The notes under the pieces are model-generated. The model had not been told where the DNA came from. It saw only the letters and a program-made list of their open reading frames with translations, and ran no database searches. From Batkoa obscura (lineage: Eukaryota), in assembly GCA_030770535.1 (NCBI GenBank), contig JASVEC010000010.1, forward strand, positions 992,001 through 1,056,000: a DNA stretch of 64,000 bases. The letters run 5' to 3'. This document shows, piece by piece, positions 41,305 to 54,211 of the stretch. Position 1 is the stretch's first letter, and the number at the start of each line of letters is the position of its first letter. Both the position numbers and the translations under genes were made by a program.

Positions 41305-41930
41305 CTTTTTTTAGTATTGAAAAATAATTAACTTGAAATTAATAAAGTAATTAAATTTTGAGATAAAATTCTGCAAGGATTTTTAATGTTCCTAAATGAA
41401 GTTCATCTAGGATTAATTGTAAACCTTTTAAATCCCATAGAAATTGTTAATCTATAAATAAATGGATTGATTAAGCCTTGTGTTGATATTTAAGCCTTTG
41501 AAATGAAAACCAATGAGATCAGCTTTTCTTGGCTGTGTTATTAAAGCTTAAATTCAAATATAAACTGGGCATTTATTATTTTATATTTATAGGATCAAAC
41601 TACTATGAAATTCATACTTTTAATCGTTTGAAATACAGCTAGAAATGCCCAATTTTCATTTCAATCTAATTTAATCAACTTTTAATTTTTGATTATTAAT
41701 AGCACGTGGGGTATTAAATTGAAAATTCTTGAGACTCAAATATATTCATATATTCATATATGAATACTTAAAATCCATTTTTTAATTTATTTTCAACTTA
41801 ACTCTTTCTCCTAATATTTCGTTTTTATTTTAGGAACTGAAGAAAGACAACGAATAAATTTATTTATAATAGAATATATAATAATCAACTAATACAGTCT
41901 GTTCATTAATTCAGAACAATTTTTTCAATA

Positions 41931-43097
41931 ATGTCAAGTGAATCCATAGTGTTAGAAATCGAAACTGAATATTATAAAGAACATAAAATTGAAAAATCAA
42001 TTTCTTGGTTCAATTTTCAACATTTTACTACTCAACTAACTCAGCACATACAACAAACTAAATTAAAATTAACATTAAAATGGTTCAATTTTCAATTATT
42101 TTGTTTAATAATTAGTTGGTATCTGTCTTCTTCATTAACTAATAATTTAGCTAAAATATTATTAAATACAGTTGATTCCCCAATTTCTATTACTGTTATT
42201 CAATTTTTTTTAGTAGCAATGATTGGCTTTTTGTTTTTAATATTCAATAATGATAATAAAAAGAGACAAGAGGATTTATCGGAAGTTTATGATAAGAAAA
42301 ACAAAGATAATACAGTAGATAATAAAATCATAAGTCTATTTCAATATCATCCAAGTATATTAAAAATAGCTATACCATTAGCTTTGTTTCAAATCTTCAC
42401 CCATTTATTTAATTCTATGGCATTGAATTTGATACCCGTTTCTCTGGTGTTTACATTTAAAGTAAGTTTTATTCTATATATTAGAAATTTCATTAATTAA
42501 TTGAATCTCTATTTTTAGGCTTTATCACCCATTTTTACAATTGTATTTAATATGTTATTATTTCAGAAACAATACCCAACCTTAATATTTCTATCTTTAA
42601 TACCAATCACATTAGGAGTATTGTTGTTTTGCTTAGGAGAAATTGAATTTAAATTGAACGGTTTTTTATATTCAATTATATCTTCTTTAATTTATGTATT
42701 ACAAACTATTTATACTAAACATAAAATAGAGAAAAAGAATGAGTTGTCCAATTTACAAATATTATCTTATACCTCATTATTTTCATTCTTATTTTTAACC
42801 CCTTATTGGCTCTTAATGGAATGGTCTTTGATATTGAATTTTCAATTGAATATGAGTTTTTGTGGCTTATTTTTGTTAAAAGCAACTTGTCAATTTTTCC
42901 AAGCTTATTTATCATTTTCAATTCTAAATTTGACTGATACATTATCATTTACTATCTTAAATTTACTTAAACGTATGGTAGTCATTTTATTAGCTATGTT
43001 GACTTTCAATCAACCTTTTACTTATCAACAATCGATTGCTTTACTATTAACCTTTTTTGGGCTTTATTTGTATGATTTATCAAAAAAGAGGTGTTAA
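41931..43097 (+). CDS. Triose-phosphate transporter family (SLC35E/Sly41-like) membrane protein; intron ~42462-42518
   Basis: WYLSSSLTNNLAK, PISITVIQF, IPVSLVFTFK-ALSPIFT, NLLKRMVVI. Confidence 0.85.
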
Positions 43098-43235
43098 TTT
43101 AAGTCAATGAATGGGAGATATCATTTAAACTAAATTTAGTTTTCAATATAATGACAATAATAAAATCAAAAATAAAATTCATCATTTTATATTTTTATAT
43201 CCTTATATTTATATTTTATTTAATTAATATTACTA

Positions 43236-44125
43236 TTATAATTTTTGAGGTGGTAAAAAGATACCTAATTCTTTTCTTAACATAACTAAATCTCTGTCAA
43301 ATAAATCTTCAAATGGTACATTTAATAAAAACTTAGAATTACTACCACATTGAATAGCCCAACTAATCAATTTACTTTCAAAAAGCTGTTTTCTCTCTTT
43401 TGAACCTAAAATAACAGGTCCAATAGCAACAGATAATAAATTCATTGGCAGTTTGAATTGAGCCAATTCAAACCATTTTAAAGCTAACTCTTCTTCTACA
43501 GTAATACCCATATTACATAATGTATGTAGAAAATCATGGACTTGTCGATATCTTAACATAACATAAGCTAATTCGGGATCATCGACGTAATGAACCTAAT
43601 TATTAATAAATATAATTAAAACCATGTCATCAATAAAAAAACAAGTTATATAAAAACCATAACTAATAATTTAAAAAGTAACTTTCAAATATATTTACCT
43701 CCGTTCTAGTATCTGGGGACACTTGGTTATCTTCTAAAAATCGAATATATTCCCTTCCAAAAGTACCTTCTGGTAATAGCTTTAATCGTTCCAAATTTAA
43801 ATTATTACTATTAATTTCTCTTTTTTCAAATAATAATCGACGACCTATTTTATCATGGATCATTTTATTTCTCATATATTGTAAACTTAATGTGCCTGTG
43901 GTTTCACCAAGTGCGGCAACAAGATCTAAATAGAGAGGGATTAACACGTTTGAATAACTTATAATAAAAGTGAATAGGGATTAATTAAGCTAAAGTTTTA
44001 CCTTGTCTAGTAGGATCTTTTAATACCTGAAAACCAGCAGAAACAGCTAATCTTAGTTTTTCAAATGAGCTCAAAGGTTGATGCCCTGGATATAATATTT
44101 GTTTGATTAATCGTGTTGGCTGCAT
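43236..44125 (-). CDS. COQ4: Ubiquinone biosynthesis protein COQ4 (3 exons)
   Basis: DLVAALGETTG, LPEGTFGREY, RYRQVHDFLHTL...EELALKWFE (HDxxH...E motif). Confidence 0.95.
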
Positions 44126-45418
44126 TGGTTATTGAAAGTAGGAAGGGATAAAAAAGTTTCATAAATTGAAATATTTGAATTCCTAAAAATAACGTAATAA
44201 ATTCAATTTGCTCAAATACCAGAGCCAATCATCTAATACTTGACGTTAAGAATAAATTAGACATCTTCAATCCAACTTAACCTTCAAAGTCCACTGGTCT
44301 ATCCCGTCTACAAAGTTGAGGCTGAAAATGCTTCGATTTATCCATTATTTTTTACTATAAACCTAACACATTCAACAGTATAATCAAATGATTAATCTGT
44401 ATTTAATGTTGGTTCTCTTTTAATAATCAGTCTCTTTTTTTAATGCAATAAATTTTTTTCAAATATTTTCTTTATGGGAATTAAATTTGTGGATTTTGAT
44501 TATCTTTCTTTACAGCTCAGCTACTTGATGGAGTTAAAATAAGAATCAACTGCTTCTTTATAGCATAGTTTTTCAAGTAGTTGAATTTTACTATTTCAAA
44601 ATAACACTATCATTTTATTTAAATAAAATCCATTCTAATAATTAAATATAAAAGTGTGATTTAACAACTAAATTGGTATATAAATTATTGCTTATATGAT
44701 GTTACTTAAAATAAAATTTATAATTTTATTACAATAAACTTTACTAATATTTATAATTTTTGAATCAATTTTATAAAACTTAATAAATTTAAAAACTTAA
44801 ATGAAATTATCTTAAAAATAGTTATAAAAATTTTGATAACTATTTACTTAAATAATACATTTAAGTAATAATAATAATAACTTTAGTTAAATACATCCAC
44901 ATACATTTAACTAAAATAGTAAAATTTAATGAATAAAGTTATTAGGATACACAAATTATAAATAAAGTTAAATTAAACTTAAAGGCATATGAACTAAAAA
45001 ACTTGATGGCTTAATATAACAAGTATATTAATTTATATTAAACAATATTTAATAGCATGATTTTTACAATCTTCAAAGTATTTTACTAAATTAATTTTTT
45101 AAAATCTGACTTAATATATAATATCAAGTTATTTATAGAATTATTTTATTGTTATAAGATCATAATATTAATTATTTATTTATCAATAGTCTTTTTATAT
45201 AGTTTTTTTCTAAAACTATATAAATAATGTTACTTTTTGATTTAGTTTAATTTAGTTTACTTTATCTTATTTTTGATTTATTTTTAGTCTTTATATAAAT
45301 TACGCTATTATTATTTTTAAAGACTATTATTTTTATTGTAATGGCTTTATTAGCTATTTGTTAATAGGAGCTAAATATGGATTTTTTTACATATGAAATT
45401 TAATATTTAATAAAAAAT

Positions 45419-45514
45419 ATAAAAGTTTTTTTTGACTTCATTATTTTTCCACTTTAAGCATTATTTGAATGGAAAGATTGTTAGTAAAATTCTCAAACAC
45501 AGAAATACATCCCC
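45419..45514 (+). mobile_element. MITE family A copy (left TIR degraded)
   Basis: Family core plus right end ATACATCCCC followed by AAAT. Confidence 0.8.
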
Positions 45515-45546
45515 AAATAATATAGAGCAATTAAGCAAATCACATA

Positions 45547-45574
45547 AAATAAATAAATAAATAAATAAATAAAT
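45547..45574. repeat. (AAAT)n microsatellite
   Basis: About 7 units. Confidence 0.8.
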
Positions 45575-46830
45575 AGTTTATATAATAATAAACTATATAA
45601 AAAATTATTAAAAAACAATGCAATTAAAGAACAAGATAACTTTATTTAAATAAATTTTTCATAATTCTAGTTAGTTCAAACTCCACATTCATGGACATAT
45701 AGCCTTTTTATTATACTTCAATTGACTTAAGTGAGTTTAAAAGCTTAGTTTAAATTAAAAATAACTTTCCATTTTACTTTTTGTTCATTTCTTATTTAGT
45801 GCAAAATTTTTAAATTTTTTGAAGTAAAGTAGATAAAAAACGTCACAATATGAATTATTTCAAAATTAAGTAAAAAAGCAAATATTTTTATAGTACTTAG
45901 TGTTTTGCAATTTTTGCTAAAATCAGATCTAGACGAAGTTTGAATTTGAATAGATCTTTAGTATACTTTTTTATAATAAATTTATATTGGAAAAAGTTGA
46001 ACCTTGTAATTGATTTAATTCATCTTGAGCTTTTACAATTTGGTTCAACGACTAAATAAAATAACTCATTTTATAATGACATTCTTAAATTAACTTTACT
46101 GTTATGTTAGTGCATTAATTCTACTTCCTACAACTTAATTATCCTTTTTATGTGAAAGTGATATAGTAGTCTATTTTGCAATCAAATAAACATTTTCCTC
46201 TAAAATTGAGATTAATTAAATAAAAAGTATCAGTAAAAAAAGCAACTAGTGTTTCTTATTTTATTAATATCTTTCAAGAATTTGAACCATTTAGTCTATA
46301 AAATAAAATTAAGTGATTTTGGATCTAACTTTAAAATAATACAAATAAGCTCACTTTCCTCAAAATTATAAGTGATTTTTTCATAATTAAAATGTTTTCA
46401 ACCGTGAACATAATTTTACTAAATTTAACTTTTTGAACTAGCTTCTACAGCCCTTAAAGCATTAACATATTAAAAGTACCAATATAAATTTATCAGCTAA
46501 GAAAAGATATAAATGGTCCAGTTTAGTTGACAAAGAGCCTGGTATCATATAATTAAGGTGTAGATTATTCGGAGACTTATCATCATTAGAAAAAAGTATT
46601 CCAAGTAAAAAGTTAGCTAAATCATGGAATGTGACATCTGTATCTATTGAAAGCCTTCGTTTAAATTACATATATACGAGGCTTTCTATTTATTCTGAAG
46701 ATTTAGTTCATAGCAGTGACAGTATCTGTTCTAAGGCTTTTTTCTAAGGTTCTTTTATCCAAGAGAAGGAAAAAGGTCTTTATGCAGTAATTAAAGTTGA
46801 TACAGTTATTAAAATTGTTTGATTTCATAT

Positions 46831-46924
46831 GTGAATTTTTTTGATTTTATCACTTTTTCCATTTTTTAAGCGCTATTTAAGTAGGAAGATTGTTAGTAAA
46901 ATTTTTAAACAAAAAAATGTCTTC
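46831..46924 (+). mobile_element. MITE family A copy inside lipase pseudogene 1
   Basis: TSD ATAT/ATAT; removing element plus one TSD restores ATT TCA TAT CGT GGA (ISYRG). Confidence 0.9.
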
Positions 46925-47095
46925 ATATCGTGGAGCTGGAAATTGACCTTGATTTTGAACCTATTCTTTATCTTGATGCCAAAAAGAACGCTTTGATCTA
47001 TGGAGGTTATTACGAAGTAGCAATTACATTGGAAAAACAATCCGAAGTATTAATCCTTTCCTTACTTGGAAACTCGAAGCGTAGAAATTTCAAAT

Positions 47096-47190
47096 AAGGA
47101 TGTTTTTTTGTTTAAGAATTTTATCAATGACCTTTCCACTCAATAGCGCTTAAAAAATGGAAAAATAATGAAACTAGAAAAAACAGCCTC
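47096..47190 (-). mobile_element. MITE family A copy inside lipase pseudogene 1
   Basis: AAGGATGT...ACAGCCTC; flanks AAAT/AATT. Confidence 0.9.
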
Positions 47191-47977
47191 AATTTTTAAA
47201 TCACTGGGTTTGATTTAGGCGCTGTTTTAGCTATCTTAGGGAACCGAAGATGGAAAAGGCTTTTAAAAGAAAATAACTTGAACAATGAAATGGAGATATT
47301 TGCCTATACAAGTCCAAAAGTAAGTAATGAAGGTTTTGCTTAATACATCGCAGACGCCAACTATTCAGTTACTCGATATACTAATAAGAATAATATCTTT
47401 ACTTATTTTGCATAAGAAGTTTTAGCTATGTTCATGGAGCAGCTCGAATTTGTGAATGCAAAGTATTGTTTCGAAAACCGATATTGGTTTATTGTGGTCA
47501 GAATTATGATAAAGACCTTGATTATGGCCAAAGTCAACTAGGTCCTTATAGTGGAGTTCTCTGTCCGCTTGTATTCGATAAGCCTTTAGGACCGGCTTTT
47601 TGTTAATTGCAGTAAAAATCATTAATATAGTTAAGTTTTTTTACTTTTGTTTTGTCCATTTATGATATATTCTTGTCAATATCATGGCTATATAAAAGAT
47701 TTTTAATATAAACGCTTCAAGTGTAGATCTATGGTCTATATTATAACCATAATAAAAATCTCTTAACCAAAACAATTTACTTATAATGCAACAAGGCTGC
47801 TGTATAGAACTGAAAATATAGTAATGATATTTTTGTTAGCTATTTTAATTGAGCATAAATACAATTTAGAGTGACCAAATGTAGTAATTATTAAACACCA
47901 TAGTAATATTATATTAACTAGTGTACATTTTTGGTAGAGTTTTTTTAATGTTTTGAAAAAAGAAACTTTTATTATAT

Positions 47978-48071
47978 GGAGATGTATTTTTGTTTAAGAA
48001 TTTTGCCAACTTTTCCACTCAAATAGTGCTTGAAAGATGGAAAAAGTAATGGAGCCAAAAAAAACACCCCC
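47978..48071 (-). mobile_element. MITE family A copy
   Basis: GGAGATGT...ACACCCCC; TSD ATAT/ATAT. Confidence 0.9.
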
Positions 48072-48408
48072 ATATCCTTGTAATTTTAAAACCTATTTAA
48101 AAGTTGCTTGGTAAAATTTAATTTTTTTTTATAAAACATATTCAAAATTTGTGCAGTGTATAGAAGAGTTTGCGATATAGATGATGGTTTACAATCTAAA
48201 ACATGTGAGATTGGTTCAAGATTATACAGTTAAACGCATGAAGAAAAGAATTTATAAACTTAAAAATATTAACTACTTTAAATAAACAAATAAGGAAGCG
48301 AATTGTCGTCTAGAGGAAGATTAGCACTAATCTAAATTTATAATTTAGATACAAAACAAAGATTAAATCAAAAGATTTGATCTATACCTAAACGGAACTT
48401 ATGTTAAA

Positions 48409-49545
48409 ATGGTCTCAGTTAAGTACTTAACGCTATCAAATTTAGCCTACAACACTAATGTTTATGGATCTCGAGGCTCTAACATGATTAAAAATGTCTA
48501 TAAAGACTTACTAGCTAAAAAGAATGGGGTGTATTTTACTTTATTTGATAAAAAGTCAATATTTAAACATCAGGGCTGTGGGTTATTTAGAGATTTACGA
48601 TCCTTAGAAAAAAGAGTACCAAGTAAAAGATTATCTAAACCACGTAATATTATTTCTTCTACAATTAAAGATTTGTTTTTGAATTATAAATATTCCGTAC
48701 TTCCCTTTTGTCCTGAAATTTTAGTTCGTAGAGGAGACTGTATCTGCTCCAAGACTTTCTTATACAGTTCATTTATCAGAAACAAAAGAAAAAATCTTTT
48801 TTCAGTAACTGGGGTTGATACAGCTATTAAAACTGTTTTAATTTCTTATCGCGGTACTATTAGCTTAAAAAACATGATGACCGATTTTGACTGCGAGCTT
48901 ATTCAATATCCTGTTGCTAAAGAAGGCGTTTTAGTGCATAAAGGGATATATGAAGCTATAACTGCATTACAGTATAAATCTGAAGAAGCTGTGTATCCTT
49001 TGCTTAAAAATCCAAAATATAAAGTTTATAAGTTCTTAATCACTGGGTATTCTTTGGGTGCTGCTATGGCCACTATCAGTTCTTTGAGATGGAGAGATTT
49101 TTTAAAAGAAAACAAATTGAATAATCAAATGAAAGTACTTGCTTATTTGAGCCCAAGGGTAGGAAATGAAGGACTTGCTCGACTTGTTGCAGATGGAAAA
49201 CATTGAGTGACCTCTTATACCAACATGAATGGTATTATGCTTCATGTCCCATCAAGGAGCTATAGTTAGATTCACTCGGGAACTGAAATTTATGAACGTA
49301 ATATGAGAGTTTTTTTTATTTCATTATTTTTTCCATTTTTTAAGCGCTATTTGAGCGGAAAAGTTGTTAGTAAAATTCTTAAACACAAAATACATCCCCA
49401 TATATCATTTTTAAAAACTGAATTTGTTTATTGTGATCAATCTTATGATGAAGATCCTAATTGTGGACAAAAACAGCTTGGTCCTTATAGTGTTACTCAT
49501 TATGTACTTGTACTCAATAAGCTTTTATCAACACTCTATCGTTGA
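48409..49545 (+). pseudogene. Class-3 lipase pseudogene 2 (two in-frame stops plus a MITE)
   Basis: ISYRGT, VLVHKGIY, ITGYSLGAAMA, SPRVGN; TGA at 49204 and TAG at 49267 interrupt a frame that continues HVPSR..HSGTEIY..CDQSYDEDPNC. Confidence 0.88.
49305..49399 (+). mobile_element. MITE family A copy inside lipase pseudogene 2
   Basis: GAGAGT...ACATCCCC; TSD ATAT/ATAT; 95+4=99 bp in-frame insertion. Confidence 0.92.
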
Positions 49546-49965
49546 TTTTCAACAAAATAGTTAAAAAAGTAATTTTACAATTCAATCCATAGAGGGCTTC
49601 TATCTGTTATCATTTATAATATCATTATCATAATAAATTTTTTTATCTATATAATGCTTTTTTATCTGATATTGTGTAGCGTTATTTAAAACAGCTACGA
49701 TTTATATTTTCCGAATGGAACGCAGTAAACAGTACTATAGTCATATAAGAAATTTTTTAATTAAAATGGTATGTTGATGTTGTAATAAGATCATTGATTA
49801 AAAAAAATAGTAACAGTGGTAGTAATACCTAAATTGATTAATGAGCTAGCTATCAAGAAATTTATTAAAGCAAATTAGATGTAGTTCTTAATAGATAGAA
49901 TAATAAAATCCTACTAATTGAAGTATACAATATAGATGTAATTGTATTCTTTTGTAGCAACTAAT

Positions 49966-50063
49966 GGGGATGTATTTTTGTGTTTAATAATTTTACTGAT
50001 AATTTTTCCACCCAAATAGTGCTTAAAAGGTGGAAAAAATAATGAAGCCAAAAAAACATCCTC
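49966..50063 (-). mobile_element. MITE family A copy
   Basis: GGGGATGT...ACATCCTC; TSD not preserved. Confidence 0.88.
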
Positions 50064-50836
50064 CGATTTTGTTTTTGATAATGAATATTAAAAAAGATTT
50101 ATGTTTATCTTTAGAAAACACTTTCGGCTTCTTGATAATCAGAAACATTAGTATTTATACCACCAATAGGTACGAAAGCTCTATATTCTTGTATGAGCTC
50201 TCTTTGATATACTTTTTTCTATCCAGTATTTGATTATTTTATGATCTTTTTTGCTTTTTATAAAAATAGGGCACTGGATGATATTAAAAGTTAATCACTT
50301 TTTTGTCAAAATATAGTGAAAGGTTAGAAAGGAAGATGCAGTTAATCTTTGAGATAGTTGATTTGCTTTATATAACAATAACCATTTTAAAAACAATAAG
50401 AATTATAGTAGAAACTTTTATAAACTTTCATGAAAAGTGTCCACTACACTTCTAACATTATAAAAATCAACTAATAGTTTAGATATCTATTACTGTCGAC
50501 TTTTGCTCGCTAACACATTGGCTCATTATATACCCCATATGAATTATACTAAATGGATTAGATTACGTACAAACTTTCAATTGGGAGTTTCATAAATCTT
50601 GCTTATTATATTGAAGTGAGTGATTTAGCCTAATGTTTATACTCTTTTTTTAAAATTTAAGATCAGAATTAATGATATTTAAAAATATATTCGATTTTTT
50701 TTGTAATAGATATCTATCGAATGAAATTTTAACTATTTTGACCAATAATCTTTAATTGTTTTCTTTTCAACAACCTAATGAGAAATGATCCCAATTCAAC
50801 AAAAAAATATAATACAAAAATAAAGTTTTAAATTTT

Positions 50837-51334
50837 TTATAAAGAGGCTAAACCAATAGAGGATAAAAGAGAAGCTCCAAAGACAAAATAACTTGAATTA
50901 GCAACTGCCTTAACAGTAAGACCAGAAGCGGCATCCCAAACTAAATGACGGACTCCATTAAAGGAATGAAGCATGAATGGGAAAGCGATGATAAACTTGG
51001 CACCGGTTTTAACTGGCTCTGGTACAACTTGTAGATATTCCAAAGCTACATCTGAAGTTAAACCTAAAACTGGATAAGCGAGAACGATAGCATAAAATCC
51101 TAGACCTAAGCCTACACCACCAATACGATGGCCCATTGAAGCTCCCATATTAGATTGGTACAAGTTGTAGGCATAAAATGGGGAACGTGGTCGACTGTTT
51201 TTTACTTTTTGGATGTTTTCTAAGACTGCTTTGTTAGTTGTGTTGCTAGTGTATTTACTTAATTGATTCAATATCGTGGCTCCACGTGGCTTAGTAACCC
51301 CATTTAATATAATTTTCTTGGTTAATGCGTTCAT
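50837..51334 (-). CDS. SDH3: Succinate dehydrogenase cytochrome b560 subunit (intronless)
   Basis: RPRSP, SMGHRIGG, FMLHSFNGVRHLVWD; presequence-like N-terminus from ATG 51334. Confidence 0.92.
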   Translation of the reverse strand: MNALTKKIILNGVTKPRGATILNQLSKYTSNTTNKAVLENIQKVKNSRPRSPFYAYNLYQSNMGASMGHRIGGVGLGLGFYAIVLAYPVLGLTSDVALEYLQVVPEPVKTGAKFIIAFPFMLHSFNGVRHLVWDAASGLTVKAVANSSYFVFGASLLSSIGLASL

Positions 51335-51514
51335 TTTAAAATAAAAAGCTAATGAGTATAAATTCAAAAATTAATTTTAGAGTGATTTATTGACGATTGG
51401 TTCATTTTTAAACTTTATTATTCACATATCTTTAAGTTCAAATAAGTAATTTTTTACACCAAAATTTCGCTAATTATTTATTTAGTAGATTTTTTGGACT
51501 AATCCTTAATATAT

Positions 51515-51606
51515 GAGGATATAACCTGATTTGAGAATTTTACTGACAATTTTTCCACTTAAATAACACTCAAAAATGGAAAAGTGATGAAACAAAAAAA
51601 CACCTC
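51515..51606 (-). mobile_element. MITE family A copy
   Basis: GAGGATAT...ACACCTC; flanks ATAT/ACGT. Confidence 0.8.
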
Positions 51607-51942
51607 ACGTTCGAATTTATCCCTAGGGATTTGCTCTTAAATGACTAATTAATTATTACACATATTGTGTTAAAGTTTTAGATTTGATATTTAGTACTGT
51701 GCAAATAAAGCAATGACTATATGAATTAAATGAAAGCTATGAAAACGTTATGACTAACAACAAATGATAAATAGGTTAAAGCTCAAAAAAATATAGCATA
51801 GCACTATTGCTAAAACTAAACAAAAATAACATAAGACAATTTAACTTAAAACAATAATTGGATTATAATCTGGTTGATTATTATAATACCTGAAAAACCA
51901 TAAATCAGTAAATCACAGTACTGAACAAAAACCCATAATAAG

Positions 51943-52836
51943 CTAGTTAAAAATTTTATTATACCACATCCTTGCTCTAATTTTGAGCTCATGATTAATT
52001 GCGGTATGAGTAGCAAGCACCAAAACAGAGTTCAAGAAGAAACCAAGGGTCATTAAAGTGGTAGCAATAGTACCAAAGATAAATTGTAAGTTTCCATTAG
52101 ATTCTAGAAGATGAAATATTGTATCAATAACGATTGACACAAGGCCTAAAAACATACAAATAGAATAAAGGGATAGTGTATAATAAATTCTTAAGGAGGC
52201 TCTCTTTTTATTGTTCTTAGTAGTATCAAGATTGCACTCTGTAATATTTAAATCTATAAACTGTGATAAATTGGTCAGGTAAAAAGCTATCTTTATATAA
52301 CTTAATATGATTATTATTAAACTCATGAGTGAAATAATGATAAAATGATAGAAAGCGATGGTTGAAACAACTGAAGTTTTAGGATAGATGGAGCAAACAA
52401 GCTTTGCAGCTTGAGCTTTAAATTCAGTATTGACAGCTAGATAAATTGATAAACATATATGAAATAATAATGATAAGATCCCAGGAAAAATGGTGTATTT
52501 GATAATGTTAAGTTTAGTTACAACCTTTAATCTTTCCATTGCCAAAAAAGCAGAAACAATAAACTGGGAAAAGATCAATAAGATTGTAAAAAATCCTAAA
52601 TATTGACATAGCACAGGATTATTGATTGCATCGTCATTGGTTATTATAGTTGGTATTATATCCGACATGGATACTAATGGAAACATCAGCTCGATAGATG
52701 CTATTAATATTATCAATTTTAGATCCCTCGTGTACGATCTTAATTTAACTACTATATATATTAACAGTATACTAGCTATGGCTGATATTGCTCCTATACA
52801 GTTTAGCAAATACCCAATAGGGTTTTCATTTATCAT
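51943..52836 (-). CDS. 7TM GPCR-like (rhodopsin-class-like) protein, intronless
   Basis: Seven hydrophobic segments, Cys before TM3 (LCQYLGF), LAMER at the end of TM3, Cys in ECL2, SYIKI at the end of TM5. Confidence 0.75.
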   Translation of the reverse strand: MINENPIGYLLNCIGAISAIASILLIYIVVKLRSYTRDLKLIILIASIELMFPLVSMSDIIPTIITNDDAINNPVLCQYLGFFTILLIFSQFIVSAFLAMERLKVVTKLNIIKYTIFPGILSLLFHICLSIYLAVNTEFKAQAAKLVCSIYPKTSVVSTIAFYHFIIISLMSLIIIILSYIKIAFYLTNLSQFIDLNITECNLDTTKNNKKRASLRIYYTLSLYSICMFLGLVSIVIDTIFHLLESNGNLQFIFGTIATTLMTLGFFLNSVLVLATHTAINHELKIRARMWYNKIFN

Positions 52837-53479
52837 ACTATAAAAATAAAAAACGAAAAAAAACAAAAAGTGAAGATAATAAGAACAAAAACGTAGTGTT
52901 TATATTTATAATATTACTTTTATAATAAATAACTTAATTAGAAATTACAATTTTTATTTGATATTAAAAATTCTTGTTTTCGATTAGTTGAATCATAAAT
53001 GTTTTTTATGACGAAATCATACAGGTTTACCATATATGTATTTTTGACCATATAAAAAAACAAATGTTACTAATCATTACCTAAGGTTATATAGACCTAT
53101 TCAAACTACTATTTAATTACTAAAAACAAATGAATGCTTATGACTCGAAATATACTGATATATAAGTAATAGCTTTATCCTTATTTCTGAAATTTTAATA
53201 AAAATTTATTTTGTGTTGTTACCGCATTTAGACTAGTTTTCCAATATATTAATTTTTGACTATTTTTTACCATTATTAGCTTTACTTGCACAGGAATCAT
53301 TGGTTCAAATCGTAGATGGAATTTAAACCCAAAATAATACTATATTCAAAATATTACAATATACACGAATAATATCATACTTATGTATTCAATAAAACAA
53401 AAAATAAATGAATCAATAAGCAATAGAACAACAAAATAAGCATAAGTATCAAAAACTGAAAAATAACACAATTTAATTT

Positions 53480-54072
53480 TTAAGGGCCGTTTCGAAATTT
53501 AAAGATGGGCAATACAATATTAAAGATTAATAAATAAGCTCCATAACCTGGTATCTAAACAATGAACAGAAATAAATAACTTACAACATATCATACTAAA
53601 TTAAACTTACTAATAGATAGACGTACCAAAAATAGTTTGAAATGGTTGTAGTTACTTGAATAAACCATGTAATATAAAGTATATCAAACATATAGCTAAT
53701 AATATTAATACTGCTTAGTATGTAATATTATGATATCACTTACCTTATCAAGCCTTTACTAGACAAGTCCTCACCAGGGTTAACGATTTGAGCACCATTA
53801 AGTGTAGGCTTTGCTAGCTTAATTAATTGAAAATAAATCAACCAGGATAATCCAACAGTAAATATATAAGCTAGTAAGTTATAGAAAGTTAAACTAGAGT
53901 ATTGAAACAGTAGTCTTATTATGATAAAATAAGCGTTAACTCCTAAAAATATCTTTTGTAATTGAGTCAATAATTGCTCATTCTTTTGAATTATTTTTTT
54001 CTTTTGTAAATTGGCCTACATAATTGCTCTTTATTATGATTAGAATATCGTGTTATGTTTATTATTTACCAT
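53480..54072 (-). CDS. SND2: SRP-independent targeting protein SND2/TMEM208 (DUF788)
   Basis: MANLQKKKIIQKN...PGEDLSSKGLISYMFDILYITWFIQV...FWYVYLLIPGYGAY. Confidence 0.88.
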
Positions 54073-54192
54073 GTCTTGTTATTACTCCTTTCTTTCCTTT
54101 TTTGTTGCTAATATAATAGTATAAAATGAAGAATTTTAAACTAAAACATCAAAATTTCAATTTTAAACAAATTTTGGAATAGATAAAACGGA

Positions 54193-54211
54193 CCAATAAT
54201 AAAGCGCGAAA
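54193..54211. promoter_or_regulatory. CCAAT box plus E2F/SCB-like GCGCGAAA site in the SND2-ORC5 divergent promoter
   Basis: CCAAT at 54193-54197 and GCGCGAAA at 54204-54211, about 85 nt upstream of the ORC5 ATG. Confidence 0.55.

Larger units (their letters stand above)
46390..47606 (+). pseudogene. Class-3 lipase pseudogene 1, disrupted by two MITEs, stops and frameshifts
   Basis: Collinear with the 48409 paralog: LEKSIPSKKL, ISYRG, ITGFDLGA, AYTSPKVSNEGFA, YCGQNYDKD..QLGPYS; 5' boundary approximate. Confidence 0.85.

Noticed and set aside
44560..45680. Possible long degenerate inverted-repeat element and a 10-bp hairpin at ~44883-44913
   Set aside because: Extreme AT content makes the matches unreliable by eye; no clear termini or TSD
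53290..53330. GGTTCAAATC as a tRNA T-loop
   Set aside because: No cloverleaf stems or A-box could be built around it
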